This document shows positions 25,193 to 35,155 of a stretch of 63,907 nucleotides of DNA, piece after piece. Source of the DNA: Thermoplasmatota archaeon (GTDB lineage Archaea > Thermoplasmatota > Thermoplasmata > UBA10834); the NCBI GenBank assembly GCA_016930135.1, contig JAFGHM010000083.1, positions 1 to 63,907 on the forward strand. Direction: 5' to 3'. The stretch's first letter is position 1; every line of letters starts with the position of its first letter. A program made the position numbers and the translations under genes. The notes below the pieces were generated by a model. The model was not told the origin of the DNA, searched no databases, and saw nothing but the letters and a program-made list of their open reading frames with translations.

Positions 25193-26518
25193 ATGCAGAG
25201 CTCGGCTCCGATAGCGAAGAGCGCGAAGGCGGATAGGCCCCGCCCGATCTCGCCCAAATTCGCAGGGGAGATGCTGAACGTTGTATCCGACATAATGTCG
25301 GTAGGCCACCTCGATGCTGTCCTCGAGCGCATCGCGTCCACCGTGGCCGAGCTCTTCTCCATGCGAGCCCTCGTGATAGCAGTCCTTGACCCAGCGGAGC
25401 AGCTGTTCAGGGTCAGAGTCACCTACGGTTATGACAAGGAAAGAGGGAAGAAGATCCGTAAGTTCACATACACCCACGAGAGGCTGAGACTCGACCTCGA
25501 AGAGAAGTACAGGATAGCAGATGATGTGTATCTCGTCCGTCCGGAACCCGGCCAGATCATCAAGGGCGAGGAGCCTTTCTACATACGTCTGGACCGCATA
25601 AGCATCCCGAGGACTGACCCCTCCGTCTGGCACGAGCTAGACTACATCAGGTTCGTGGTCAGGAGCAGAGATGGCGAGCCGATCGGGTTCCTAGAGGTGA
25701 ACGAGTCAGAGAATGATAGGATCCCGGACGCGGAGACCATCGAGGCGATGAGGGTGTTCTCGGGATTGGCAGCTGTGGCCATCGAGAATGCGACCATGTT
25801 TCAGAGACAGGTCGAGATAGCCCAGAGGCTCAGGTTCCTCAGCGACATAATCTCTCACGACATCAACAACTGCAACCAGGCAGTTACGAGTTACGTCCAG
25901 ATGGCCCTGGGGTCCAAGGGCCTCTCCTCGAAGGTCGGAACCTATCTGGAGCGCGCCTCATCCTCAGCGTGGGGCATCAGCGAGATCATCCAGAGGGCGA
26001 ACAAGCTGATGAAGATCGAGGAGGAGGGGGCCAAGAACCTGGGTCCCATCGAGCTTGGCGAGATCTTGAGGGAGAGCATCGCTGAGGTGCAGAGGAACAA
26101 CGCTGACGCCTCGGTCAAGTTCGACCTCAAGCTCGGGGACCGCAGGTATTTCGTTCTGGGAAACGAGCTCGCCGACGAGATATTCACGAACATCCTGGAG
26201 AATGCTGTGGACTACGATCCTCACGACGATGTCTCGGTCGAGATCTCCGTCGGTGTGTTCACAGTCGAACCGAGGCGCTACTGGTGCGTGTCGATAGCGG
26301 ACAACGGCATCGGCATTCCGGACTCCAAGAAGAACATTGTCTTCGGGAGGTTCCAGGAGACAACCGACCGGCCACCCGGAAGCGGGCTTGGCCTTTCCAT
26401 CGTGCGCGCCATAGTCGATGCTTACCATGGCATAGTCTGGGTAGAGGACAGGGTGCCGGGGGACCCCTCCAAGGGGAGCATCTTCAGGGTCGCGCTCCCC
26501 ATGGTTTCCGGGAAGTAG
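25193..26518 (+). CDS. soluble GAF-domain sensor histidine kinase
   Basis: ORF 25091..26518, ATG at 25193. GAF (..SVWHELDYIRF..AAVAIENATMF), H-box FLSDIISHDINNCNQAV, N/G boxes NILENAV, DNGIGIP, GSGLGLSIV. No TM segment. Confidence 0.85.
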   Translation: MQSSAPIAKSAKADRPRPISPKFAGEMLNVVSDIMSVGHLDAVLERIASTVAELFSMRALVIAVLDPAEQLFRVRVTYGYDKERGKKIRKFTYTHERLRLDLEEKYRIADDVYLVRPEPGQIIKGEEPFYIRLDRISIPRTDPSVWHELDYIRFVVRSRDGEPIGFLEVNESENDRIPDAETIEAMRVFSGLAAVAIENATMFQRQVEIAQRLRFLSDIISHDINNCNQAVTSYVQMALGSKGLSSKVGTYLERASSSAWGISEIIQRANKLMKIEEEGAKNLGPIELGEILRESIAEVQRNNADASVKFDLKLGDRRYFVLGNELADEIFTNILENAVDYDPHDDVSVEISVGVFTVEPRRYWCVSIADNGIGIPDSKKNIVFGRFQETTDRPPGSGLGLSIVRAIVDAYHGIVWVEDRVPGDPSKGSIFRVALPMVSGK

Positions 26519-26586
26519 GCTCCAGTGTGCTTCATGCCCCTGGGAAGTTTTATCTCCAAGACGTGGGTTCTGGTATCTTGAAATCC

Positions 26587-27345
26587 ATGAAACTCGATGG
26601 AAAGGTCGCCCTTATCACGGGCGGAACCGAAGGTATGGGCTACAGCACTGCGAAGCTCTTCCTCGAGGAGGGTGCCAGAGTTGTCATCACTGGCAGATCG
26701 AAGGAGAAGGCCGCCAAGGCTCTGAAATCGCTGAGGAAGCTCGGACAGGTCGTGTTCGTCCAGGGTGATGTGTCGAAAGCTTCAGACGCCAGGCGCATGG
26801 TCGAGACAACGGTGAGGGCCTTCGGCGGGATAAACATCCTCTTCAACAACGCAGGGGTCTACATGGAGAAGCTGGCAGAGGACACGAGTGAGGAGGAATG
26901 GGACCGGGTACTCGACATCAACCTGAAGGGAACATTCCTTGTCACGAAGTACGCGATACCGCACATGAAGCGGCAGCGATCCGGCGCGATAGTCAACAGC
27001 TCGTCGGATGCGGGATTGGTCGGGAACAAGAACTGTCCAGCCTACTGCGCCTCGAAGGGTGCCATCACAATAATGTCGAAGGCCATGGCCCTCGACTACG
27101 CCCCGTACGGGATAAGGGTCAACACGGTGAACCCTGGGTGCATAGACACACCCATGCTGGCCAAGGAAGCGATGGCGTCTGGGAACCCCGTGAAGTACAT
27201 GAAGCAGACGCGAAAGGACCACCCGATAGGCAGAGTGGGCACCCCGGAGGAGGTCGCCCATGCGGTCCTATTCCTGGTCTCAGACGAGGCGGCCTTCATC
27301 ACAGGTGCAGCCCTTTCGATCGACGGTGGGCTGACCGCTCAGTAG
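26587..27345 (+). CDS. SDR-family oxidoreductase
   Basis: ATG at 26587 within ORF 26284..27345. TGGTEGMG, NNAG and YCASKGA motifs. Confidence 0.9.
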   Translation: MKLDGKVALITGGTEGMGYSTAKLFLEEGARVVITGRSKEKAAKALKSLRKLGQVVFVQGDVSKASDARRMVETTVRAFGGINILFNNAGVYMEKLAEDTSEEEWDRVLDINLKGTFLVTKYAIPHMKRQRSGAIVNSSSDAGLVGNKNCPAYCASKGAITIMSKAMALDYAPYGIRVNTVNPGCIDTPMLAKEAMASGNPVKYMKQTRKDHPIGRVGTPEEVAHAVLFLVSDEAAFITGAALSIDGGLTAQ

Positions 27346-27397
27346 CCTCCTATGGGCCTGCGTTCGTGGAAAGGGATAAATCCGGGCGCACGCCCTC

Positions 27398-27949
27398 ATG
27401 GATGGCGGAGCTGGTGTCATGGCAGGCAGATCGGAAGAACACCTCCTGGTCTTGAGGAACGCCATACAGATGGAGATGGAGGGCAAGGACTTCTTCGAGA
27501 GAGCTGCCAGCAAAGTACAGCACGCCCGCGCGAAGCAGATGTTCGAGGGCCTCGTCAAGCAGGAGCAGAGGCATATTGATGTTCTGGGCAAGGAGTTCGA
27601 GAGGCTGAGCCAGGGGAAGAGCTGGATGTCCCTCAAAGAGGCCGAGGCGCTGCCTTCTGGCCTACCCAGGGTCAGCGTCTTCAAGGACGCCAAACTGAAG
27701 CGAATCAGGTTCCCCTCCAATGCGGGGGAGCTGGAAGCGCTGAAGATAGGCATGGATGTGGAGCAGAAATCCATAGACTACTACACCTCAGCTCGTGATC
27801 GGGTCGCGAACACCAAGGCCAAGGCGATATTCAGTTGGCTGGTGAAGGAGGAGTCGGGCCACCTGACGATACTGAGCGCCGAGTATGAATACAGAAAGGG
27901 CTCGGGATTCTACTACGACGAACCGGAGTTCAGCCTAGAGGTCATGTGA
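27398..27949 (+). CDS. ferritin-like / rubrerythrin-family diiron protein (no rubredoxin domain)
   Basis: 183 aa with two ExxH-type helices (MEMEGKDFF..EQRHIDVL; MDVEQKSIDYY..EESGHLTIL). Confidence 0.7.
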   Translation: MDGGAGVMAGRSEEHLLVLRNAIQMEMEGKDFFERAASKVQHARAKQMFEGLVKQEQRHIDVLGKEFERLSQGKSWMSLKEAEALPSGLPRVSVFKDAKLKRIRFPSNAGELEALKIGMDVEQKSIDYYTSARDRVANTKAKAIFSWLVKEESGHLTILSAEYEYRKGSGFYYDEPEFSLEVM

Positions 27950-27950
27950 T

Positions 27951-28991
27951 TCAGATCGTGCCGTGTCTTATCGCCTCGACAGTCAGCAGCATGTCCGAGA
28001 ACACTGCATAGGCCGTCTGAGTCAGGGCCGGGCTAGACTCAACTACCGTGATGTCGCCCATGAGGTCCGTGCTCATAGTGAGCGAGCTTGAAGTGCCGTC
28101 CACAGCCCACATGGGGCTATCCGGGCCCACTCTTTCTGGACGGACCTGTAGCTTGATCGAGGATCCTTCTCTGAAAGCGCGGGCGACGAGCTTGATCTTC
28201 TTTCCCTCTGCAGAGGCCTCCCTGATCTCCTCAAGGCTGATGCCCCGGATTCCCAGCCTGTCAACCATCTTCGGGTTCATCCCGGCGTCCATGAGCACGT
28301 TCGCAAGAGCGGTTATCTTGGCAGAGGCGTCCCAGCCGTCCACATCCAGAGATGGGTCGGCCTCCGCGATACCCCTTGCCTGTGCCTCCTGTACGGCCAT
28401 CTCCATTGACTTGCCCCTGGACATCTCGCCGAGGATGAGATTGGAGGTGCTGTTCAGTATGCCCGTCAGGCCGAGGATTTCGCACCCCGGGAGAGTCCTC
28501 TCCACCAGGTTGAATATGGGGGTGCCGTCCATGACGGTCCCCTCGAACCTGAGATGCACGCCCTTGGACCTGGCGATGTCGCGCAGTTCCTCATAGGCCC
28601 AGGCTATGGGGCCTTTGTTGGCCGTGATCACATCCATGCCTGCCCGCATGGCGGTGCGGAGGTGGTCTATCGCCGGCTGACCAGAATCGATGTTCAGAGT
28701 CGACAGCTCGATCATGATATCCGCATCGCACTTCTCGATGATGCCGATCGGTGAAAGCGCCGTCGAATCGCTCCCGTAAGCCGGAAGCGAGCCCGATCCG
28801 ATGGCGCTCAGCACCCGCTCAAGGTCGAGCGCTCGTTTCGATAGCAGAGAGCCTCTGGATCTGGTTGCGATTGCGAGGACCTCCACATCGAGTCCCTTCT
28901 TCCTGAGGAGCCAGTCGCGTTTCGCCATGAGCAGGCGCGCGAACTGCTGGCCTACGTTACCGAACCCAACCAATGCCAGCCTGAGTATCAT
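27951..28991 (-). CDS. hom: homoserine dehydrogenase
   Basis: ORF 27951..29261, ATG at 28991. LALVGFGNVGQ Rossmann motif, ITANKGP, ADPSLDVDGWDASAKI. Confidence 0.85.
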   Translation of the reverse strand: MILRLALVGFGNVGQQFARLLMAKRDWLLRKKGLDVEVLAIATRSRGSLLSKRALDLERVLSAIGSGSLPAYGSDSTALSPIGIIEKCDADIMIELSTLNIDSGQPAIDHLRTAMRAGMDVITANKGPIAWAYEELRDIARSKGVHLRFEGTVMDGTPIFNLVERTLPGCEILGLTGILNSTSNLILGEMSRGKSMEMAVQEAQARGIAEADPSLDVDGWDASAKITALANVLMDAGMNPKMVDRLGIRGISLEEIREASAEGKKIKLVARAFREGSSIKLQVRPERVGPDSPMWAVDGTSSSLTMSTDLMGDITVVESSPALTQTAYAVFSDMLLTVEAIRHGTI

Positions 28992-29061
28992 ATGAACACG
29001 TGTGAGCGAGCGATGGAACACCTGGGGCGGAGCCAGTGCTTGGACGAACGCCGGAGACCAA

Positions 29062-29220
29062 CTACATCTTGCTGAACTCTTCCTTTCCGACGCCGCACTC
29101 AGGACAGGTCCAATCGTCGGGGAGTTGCTCGAACGGTGTGCCCGGGGGGATGTTCTGGGTCGGGTCTCCTTTCTCGGGGTCGTATATGTATCCGCACACA
29201 TTACACTGGTACTTGTCCAT
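29062..29220 (-). CDS. rubredoxin
   Basis: ATG at 29220 gives [41 protein letters not shown], the classic CxxCG..CPxCG pattern. Confidence 0.9.
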   Translation of the reverse strand: MDKYQCNVCGYIYDPEKGDPTQNIPPGTPFEQLPDDWTCPECGVGKEEFSKM

Positions 29221-29374
29221 AGCCTTCGCCGCACTCGTATCATGGTATGCGTACTTGACATTGTTGGGTTTCGTGATTCCTCTAAGCAGCCTCGCAGGAA
29301 GCGGGCCGATTCGCGCTTCTTTCCTCATGCGCCTCAGCGTTGATGTCGACGGCAACGGCTTTCGACCTCAGATG

Positions 29375-29439
29375 GCGAATTTCGAATATTTCGCTACGAC
29401 AAAAGGGCGGTGTTTGAAATTCGAGCGATGGAAATCGCC
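29375..29439. promoter_or_regulatory. cluster of ATTTCG / CGAAAT half-sites in the rubredoxin-hom / sdh divergent intergenic region
   Basis: gcgaatttcgaatatttcgc at 29375..29394 and tttgaaattcgagcgatggaaatcgcc at 29413..29439. That is two direct copies then two inverted copies, upstream of the TATA-like cttaagtaca at about 29463. Confidence 0.3.
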
Positions 29440-29570
29440 TGGTTTCTGTTCGAAGAGATACGCTTAAGTACATTCTTGATAGTCTAGGCGCCGGGGAACC
29501 CGGGGCGGAGATGCCTCGCAACGATGGATCTTCCGACTGGGTCGGGACGCAAGGGCAGTCAGGTGTTTCA

Positions 29571-29975
29571 ATGAAGGTGAGCAGCTTCAAGTGGTTGTTC
29601 GGCAGGAATTCTGAGTTCTGGCCGACCAACATGAATACGGGCATGTGGGCTTGGGTCGGCCACAGACTCACGGGGATACTATTGGTCGTGTACCTGTTCT
29701 TACATCTGTCGTTCCTGAGTCAGGCGTCGTTGAACCACGACAGCTTCGACCAGCTGATGGAGACGATGGCCCAGCCTCTTTTCGTGCTTCTCGACTTCCT
29801 GCTGGTCTGCGCGGTGATTTTCCACGCGATGAACGGCCTCAGGGTAGTCCTGTTCGACATGGGGATAGGGATCAGGAAGCAGAAGCTGGTCTTCTGGATA
29901 ATGATGGCGATCTCGGCCGTGCTCGTGCTCGTGGGTTTCTGGCTGATATCCGTGCTGATCTTCGGAGGTGCGTGA
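29571..29975 (+). CDS. sdhC: succinate dehydrogenase membrane anchor / cytochrome b subunit
   Basis: ATG at 29571 within ORF 29511..29975. Three TM helices with conserved His (WVGHRLTG; FHAMNG). First gene of a C-D-A-B cluster. Confidence 0.8.
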   Translation: MKVSSFKWLFGRNSEFWPTNMNTGMWAWVGHRLTGILLVVYLFLHLSFLSQASLNHDSFDQLMETMAQPLFVLLDFLLVCAVIFHAMNGLRVVLFDMGIGIRKQKLVFWIMMAISAVLVLVGFWLISVLIFGGA

Positions 29976-29976
29976 G

Positions 29977-30360
29977 ATGGCCGACAAGAGACTTGCGACA
30001 TCTAAGGTCGCGGGCACCTGGGCCTGGTTCTTCCAGAGGCTCTCGGCGGTCCTGCTGATAGTCCTCTTGGGGGTGCACATATGGATCACGCACTTCGCGG
30101 ACATCGACCCCGAAGTGCACATCACCGTGGCAGGGGTCGAGACAAGGCTTGACCAGCTTCTCTACATAGCCGTCGACTACGCGCTGCTGGCGGTGGTGCT
30201 CTTCCACGGCCTCAACGGGGCGAGAACCGTCATGCTCGATTTCGACATGTTCGCCAAGAGGCACAGGGCGGTCGATGCGGCCCTGTTCATTGTCGGCGTC
30301 GTGAGCTTGATCTGGGGCATAATCGTCTTGTTCCCGTTCATAGGCGTCAATGGAGGCTGA
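29977..30360 (+). CDS. sdhD: succinate dehydrogenase membrane anchor subunit
   Basis: ATG at 29977, 1 nt after the sdhC stop and preceded by GGAGGTG. TM helices with His (FFQRLSAV; LFHGLNG). Confidence 0.75.
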   Translation: MADKRLATSKVAGTWAWFFQRLSAVLLIVLLGVHIWITHFADIDPEVHITVAGVETRLDQLLYIAVDYALLAVVLFHGLNGARTVMLDFDMFAKRHRAVDAALFIVGVVSLIWGIIVLFPFIGVNGG

Positions 30361-30366
30361 TTGCGA

Positions 30367-32067
30367 ATGTACTACCACAAGATACTGGTCATAGGAGGCG
30401 GCCTGGCCGGGCTCAGGGCGGCCATCGAGTCCGCCCCGAGGGTCGATACTGCCATCATATCGCAGGTCCACCCTGTGAGGTCTCACTCGGGCGCGGCCCA
30501 GGGAGGCATCAACGCCGCCCTGGCCAATAACCCGAAGGGCGCGGACGACAACCCGGAGAAGCACGGTTTCGACACGATAAAGGGCAGCGATTACCTGGCG
30601 GATCAGGAAGCGGCCGAGCTGATGACGAAGGAAGCTCCCGGCTGTATATATGAGACCGAGCACTGGGGATGCCCGTTCTCGAGGACGGATGCGGGGAAGA
30701 TCGCTCAGAGGCCTTTCGGAGGCGCGGGGTTCCCGCGGACATGCTTTGCCGCCGACAAGACCGGCATGTACCTGCTCCACACGCTCTGGGAGCGCTCGGT
30801 GAAGCTCGACGTACCGCTCTACGAGGACAGGGTCTTGGTCGACCTCGTGCTCGATGGTGACGCCTGCAGGGGGGTCATCTGTTGGAACCTCAAGACGGGA
30901 GAGCTGGAACCGTTCATGGCTGAAGCCGTCATATTCGCCTCAGGTGGGAGCGGACAGATCTACGCCCGCTCGACGAACGCGCTGATAAGCAGCGGCTCAG
31001 CGCTGGCTGCGGCCTACAGGCGGGGCGTCCCCCTGAAGGACATGGAGTTCATCCAATTCCACCCGACCTCCCTCTGGGGTACCAACATCCTGATGACGGA
31101 AGGTGCCAGAGGGGAGGGGGGCTACCTGATCAACAACAACGGCGAGAGGTTCATGACGAAGTATGCCCCGAAGGCGATGGAGCTCGCCCCCAGGGATATC
31201 GTTTCGAGGTCTATCCAGACGGAGATAAACGAGGGCAGGGGCATCAATGGCGGGCCGTACGTATACCTCGACCTCAGACACTTGGGGAGGGAGAAGATAC
31301 TCGAGCGGCTTCCGGGCATCAGGGACCTGGCAATCAACTTCGTCGGGGTCGACCCCATAGACAAGCCCGTCCCCATACAGCCGGGACAGCACTATACGAT
31401 GGGCGGGATAGACACCGACGTCAACGCAGCGACGAAGTTCAAGGGCCTCTATGCCGCGGGCGAGTGCGCCTGCGTCAGCGTGCACGGGGCCAACAGGCTT
31501 GGCGGCAACTCAATGCTCGAGACCGTTGTCTTCGGGAAGATATCGGGCCGTTCGGCCGCCGACTACGTGCTGTCCAAGAAGGACCAGAAGCAGGGCGAAT
31601 CCGCGGTCATGAACTGCCTGCGAGAGACCAAGGCTGCCATCGACAGGCTTCTCTCGCAGTCGGGGGACGAGAACCATGCGGACATCAGGGCCGAGATGAG
31701 ACAGACGATGTTCGAGAAGTGCGGCATATTCAGGGACAAGAAGGGGCTCGATGAGGGCCTGGCCAAGATCCGGGAGCTCAAGGAGCGCTACCAGAAGGTG
31801 ACAGTCCAGAACAAGGGCAAGACCTACAACCTGGACCTTATTCGCTGCTATGAACTCCAGGGCATGCTCGAGGTCGCCGAGGCGATGCTCGTCGGCGCGC
31901 TGAGAAGGGAGGAGAGCAGGGGAGCGCACTCAAGGCTCGACTTCAAGGAGAGGGACGACGTCAAGTTCCTGAAACACACGGTCGCCGTCTACACGCCTGA
32001 CGGCCCGCAGATCTCATACCGCGATGTCAAGCCCGGCAAGTACAAGCCCGAAGCAAGGAGGTATTGA
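30367..32067 (+). CDS. sdhA: succinate dehydrogenase / fumarate reductase flavoprotein subunit
   Basis: [20 protein letters not shown] (covalent FAD His), [14 protein letters not shown], RxESRGAH. Confidence 0.95.
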   Translation: MYYHKILVIGGGLAGLRAAIESAPRVDTAIISQVHPVRSHSGAAQGGINAALANNPKGADDNPEKHGFDTIKGSDYLADQEAAELMTKEAPGCIYETEHWGCPFSRTDAGKIAQRPFGGAGFPRTCFAADKTGMYLLHTLWERSVKLDVPLYEDRVLVDLVLDGDACRGVICWNLKTGELEPFMAEAVIFASGGSGQIYARSTNALISSGSALAAAYRRGVPLKDMEFIQFHPTSLWGTNILMTEGARGEGGYLINNNGERFMTKYAPKAMELAPRDIVSRSIQTEINEGRGINGGPYVYLDLRHLGREKILERLPGIRDLAINFVGVDPIDKPVPIQPGQHYTMGGIDTDVNAATKFKGLYAAGECACVSVHGANRLGGNSMLETVVFGKISGRSAADYVLSKKDQKQGESAVMNCLRETKAAIDRLLSQSGDENHADIRAEMRQTMFEKCGIFRDKKGLDEGLAKIRELKERYQKVTVQNKGKTYNLDLIRCYELQGMLEVAEAMLVGALRREESRGAHSRLDFKERDDVKFLKHTVAVYTPDGPQISYRDVKPGKYKPEARRY

Positions 32068-32068
32068 C

Positions 32069-32803
32069 ATGGCCGAGAATGAGATAACGCTCAAGATACA
32101 GCGGTTCGACCCAACCATGGATTCGGAGCCGTACTGGCAGTCATTCAAGGTCGGATTGAAGCCGAGCATGACTGTCCTGGACGCACTGTTCGAGGTACTG
32201 AACCATCAGGACGGGTCGCTGGCATTCAGATTCTGCTGCAGGGCGGGTGTGTGCGGATCATGCGCCATGGTTATCGCGGGAAAGGTCAGGCTCGCATGCG
32301 AGACCCAGATCGCGACCCTTCTGGACAAGGACGAGATCTGCTTGAGCCCCTTGCCTCACCAGAAGGTCGTGAAGGACCTCGCGGTCGACTACGACCTCTT
32401 CTTCGAAAGGCTGAAGCGCGTGAAGCCATATCTGGTCGGCAAGGAGCCGTATCCGGAAAAGGAGTACATCCAGCTGCCGAAGGAGCGCGTGCCGATAAAC
32501 GAGCCGATAGACTGCATCCTCTGTGGCTCATGCACGAGCGCGTGCACGATGGCTTGGACCAACAGGGATTACCTTGGCCCGGCGGCCCTGCTGAAGTCAT
32601 ACAGGTTCCTGGCGGACACGCGGGACACTCTGAAGCACGAGCGTCTCGATATCGTCGAGAGCGAGAGCGGGGTCTGGAGATGTCACACGCAGTTCAACTG
32701 CGTGGAGGTCTGCCCCAGGAAGCTCAACCCGACTGAGGCCATTCAGAGGCAGAAGATAGCCGCGTTCAAGAGGAAGCTCTTCGGCAGGAAGAGAAAGGGC
32801 TGA
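32069..32803 (+). CDS. sdhB: succinate dehydrogenase iron-sulfur subunit
   Basis: ATG at 32069. CRAGVCGSCAM (2Fe-2S), CILCGSCTSAC and CHTQFNCVEVCP clusters. Confidence 0.95.
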   Translation: MAENEITLKIQRFDPTMDSEPYWQSFKVGLKPSMTVLDALFEVLNHQDGSLAFRFCCRAGVCGSCAMVIAGKVRLACETQIATLLDKDEICLSPLPHQKVVKDLAVDYDLFFERLKRVKPYLVGKEPYPEKEYIQLPKERVPINEPIDCILCGSCTSACTMAWTNRDYLGPAALLKSYRFLADTRDTLKHERLDIVESESGVWRCHTQFNCVEVCPRKLNPTEAIQRQKIAAFKRKLFGRKRKG

Positions 32804-33272
32804 CAGCAATCTTCCTTGATCGATCCGATGAATTCGTCGTGTTCCTCTCCACCGGCGAGGGCGCCCATTACCAGTTTCTACGTGGTCGGGTTCCCGCCGA
32901 GATAACACGGCCTCTCAGCAGGTGATCCGGCGTGCCTCATTTCTTCTGCGGCCATCTCTTTGGACTTGCCGCTCACGACGAAGTGGTCGATGCCGGCCCA
33001 CTGCACGTGCTGTCACATGTGCTGGACCGAGATCTGGATCTACCTGGCAATCGCCTGGTTCAACAAGCCCTTCATCTTCTTTGATGCCATCTCTTTCCCT
33101 CTTCTCATCGCAGGCCTCCGCGTCAACGGAGTGTCTGCTCCAAGGACACGTCTTCTTGGGCGTCTGAGGAATGCGATTGACCGTCACAGGCCTTCAGCCG
33201 AAGCGGTCGAAGGCGAGCCACCTCTGCAAAAGCTATTTAGGCATGCATCATTGATTCTCTCCAGGCATCCCC

Positions 33273-33653
33273 ATGAGCAAGGTCAGGATACGATTCCGAG
33301 ACGGTCCTGAGATCCTGGTGGTTCTCAGGCCTGACGAGACGCCTTCTATCCGGTCGCTCCTCTCGGTGCTACCGTTCTCATCCAGGGCACAGACGTGGGG
33401 GGACGAGGTGTACTTCGAGGCGCCGTTCCACGCTGATCTCGAGAAGGATGGCAGAGCGGCCATGGAAGTCGGAGAAGTCGCCTTCTGGCCTGACGGGGAT
33501 GCGGTTGCGGTCTTCTTCGGGCCCACACCTGCGAGCTCTGGTGCCTCGCCGCAGGCATACAGCCCATGCAACATCCTAGGGAGGGTCGAGGGCGACACGG
33601 GAGTGCTCAAGAAGGTCAAGCCAGGGACGCCGCTGGACGTCCTGGCCCCGTGA
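33273..33653 (+). CDS. cyclophilin-like fold protein (TM1367-like)
   Basis: 126 aa. Pattern ..TWGDEVYFEAP..VGEVAFWPDGDAVAVFFGPTP..NILGRVEGD..LKKVK as in TM1367-type cyclophilin-like domains. Confidence 0.75.
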   Translation: MSKVRIRFRDGPEILVVLRPDETPSIRSLLSVLPFSSRAQTWGDEVYFEAPFHADLEKDGRAAMEVGEVAFWPDGDAVAVFFGPTPASSGASPQAYSPCNILGRVEGDTGVLKKVKPGTPLDVLAP

Positions 33654-33661
33654 TCTCCTCA

Positions 33662-34441
33662 CTACTGGCAGGTGTATCCGCCGTCGACCGAGAGCGCAGT
33701 CCCGATTATGAACCCAGCCTCCTCGGATGCGAGGAACAGCACCGCGTTCGCGACCTCTTCCGGCCTACCAAGCCTGCCTATCGGATGGTATTCGCACAGC
33801 TGTCTCCTGTACTCCTCGACTGGCAGCCGTCTGGCTTTTGCCTCCTGTCGGAACATCGGAGTGTCGATCTCTCCCGGGCAGACGCAGTTGACTCTGATGT
33901 TCCTGAGGGCGTAGTCGAGCGCAAGGCACTTCGTCATGAGCACAACGGCTCCCTTCGAGGTGTTGTACGCGATGGCGTTTCTGTCTCCGACCAGACCGCT
34001 GCATGAGGCGTTGTTGACGATGACCCCTTTCTTCTGCCTCAGCATTATCGGGATCACCTCCTTCGACATCAGGAAGACGCCCTTGACGTTGACTGCCATT
34101 ATCCTGTCGAAATCCTTCTCGGAGACCTCTTCGATGGTCCCCTCCACGAGTATGCCGGCGTTGTTGAACAGGATGTCGATTCGTCCTAGCCTGCGTTTCG
34201 CCTCAGCGACCATTCTCTTCACATCGGCGGACTTCGTAACATCGCCCGTGAGTAGGAGAGGCCGGTATCCCTTCTCTCTGAGCTCTTTCACGGTCTGCTC
34301 GCCGGTCCTCCTCGACATATCGATGACGGCCACTCTGGCTCCCTCTTCGAGAAACCTCTCGGCGGTCGCCTTGCCAATCCCGGAAGCGCCTCCGGTCACG
34401 ATCACGGCCTTGTTCTTGAACCTCTTCTGCTGCAATTCCAT
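33662..34441 (-). CDS. SDR-family oxidoreductase
   Basis: ATG at 34441 within ORF 33662..34897. TGGASGIG, NNAG and YNTSKGA motifs. Paralogous to 26587..27345. Confidence 0.9.
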   Translation of the reverse strand: MELQQKRFKNKAVIVTGGASGIGKATAERFLEEGARVAVIDMSRRTGEQTVKELREKGYRPLLLTGDVTKSADVKRMVAEAKRRLGRIDILFNNAGILVEGTIEEVSEKDFDRIMAVNVKGVFLMSKEVIPIMLRQKKGVIVNNASCSGLVGDRNAIAYNTSKGAVVLMTKCLALDYALRNIRVNCVCPGEIDTPMFRQEAKARRLPVEEYRRQLCEYHPIGRLGRPEEVANAVLFLASEEAGFIIGTALSVDGGYTCQ

Positions 34442-34553
34442 CCAACCGCAGCCGGAATGTACGAACGTGTGATTAATGTTGTTGCGGTCCGTGCCAGTAA
34501 CTACAAATAAGCCCTGGGTGCTCCATGAGACAATCGTGCGCCTGGAGGTGGTT

Positions 34554-35135
34554 ATGATGGCCCTCAAGGTACTCGGCATACTCGGCAGTCCTCGTCTCGA
34601 CGGCAATACAGCGCAGCTCTTGGACGCTGTCCTCGATGGTGCCAGGGGCGCAGGCGCGGATGTGGATAGGCTCGAGCTTGCGAGGATGAGAATCGACCCG
34701 TGCAGGGAATGCAGGGAATGCGACTCCGGGTTAGGCTGCGTCCAGAGGACGGACGATATGTCGCGCATATACAAAGCGATCAGGGAGATGGACGCGATCG
34801 CAGTCGCCTCACCCATATTCTTCATGGGGGTCACCTCGCAGACGAAGGCCATGATAGACCGCTGCCAGTGTTTCTGGGTTGAGAAGTACATCAACAAGGT
34901 CAGGTTCTACGACGGCAAGAGGAGGCCGAAGGGGCTCTTTGTGTCGTGCGCAGGATCCGCAAAGCCGATAGTCTTCGAGCCGGCAAAACACGTCATCAAA
35001 GCATTCTTCGCCGCAATCGACTACGAGTACGTGGGAGAGATTCTCCTCCCGCACACTGACGAACCGGAACTCGCCTCTCGCAAGAACGAGGCCCTGGAGC
35101 AGGCCAAAATCGCCGGTGTGCGCCTGTGTGACTGA
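34554..35135 (+). CDS. iron-sulfur flavoprotein-like / NADPH-dependent FMN reductase-fold protein
   Basis: ATG at 34554 is preceded by GGAGGTG. VLGILGSPRLDGNT and a compact Cys motif CRECRECDSGLGC as in Isf-type flavoproteins. Confidence 0.75.
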   Translation: MMALKVLGILGSPRLDGNTAQLLDAVLDGARGAGADVDRLELARMRIDPCRECRECDSGLGCVQRTDDMSRIYKAIREMDAIAVASPIFFMGVTSQTKAMIDRCQCFWVEKYINKVRFYDGKRRPKGLFVSCAGSAKPIVFEPAKHVIKAFFAAIDYEYVGEILLPHTDEPELASRKNEALEQAKIAGVRLCD

Positions 35136-35155
35136 GCTGCCATTTGCATCCGGAT

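Noticed and set aside
32881-33190. Possible stop-codon recoding (pyrrolysine TAG or selenocysteine TGA) in the interrupted minus-strand frame.
   Set aside because: TAG is used as an ordinary stop by many well-supported genes here (for example those ending at 2630, 7284, 13691, 26518, 27345, 47172, 47953, 51069 and 57466). No Pyl or Sec machinery or SECIS-like element is visible. A decayed gene or chance is more parsimonious.
33662-34897. Long N-terminal extensions suggested by the ORF track. Examples: 411 aa for the SDR, 436 aa for hom at 27951..29261, 353 aa at 26284..27345, 303 aa at 6373..7284, and 633 aa at 53736..55637.
   Set aside because: The family-typical N-termini (Rossmann GxxGxG and similar) begin at internal starts that have SD or TATA support. 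The extensions overlap neighbouring genes or intergenic DNA and have non-protein-like composition.
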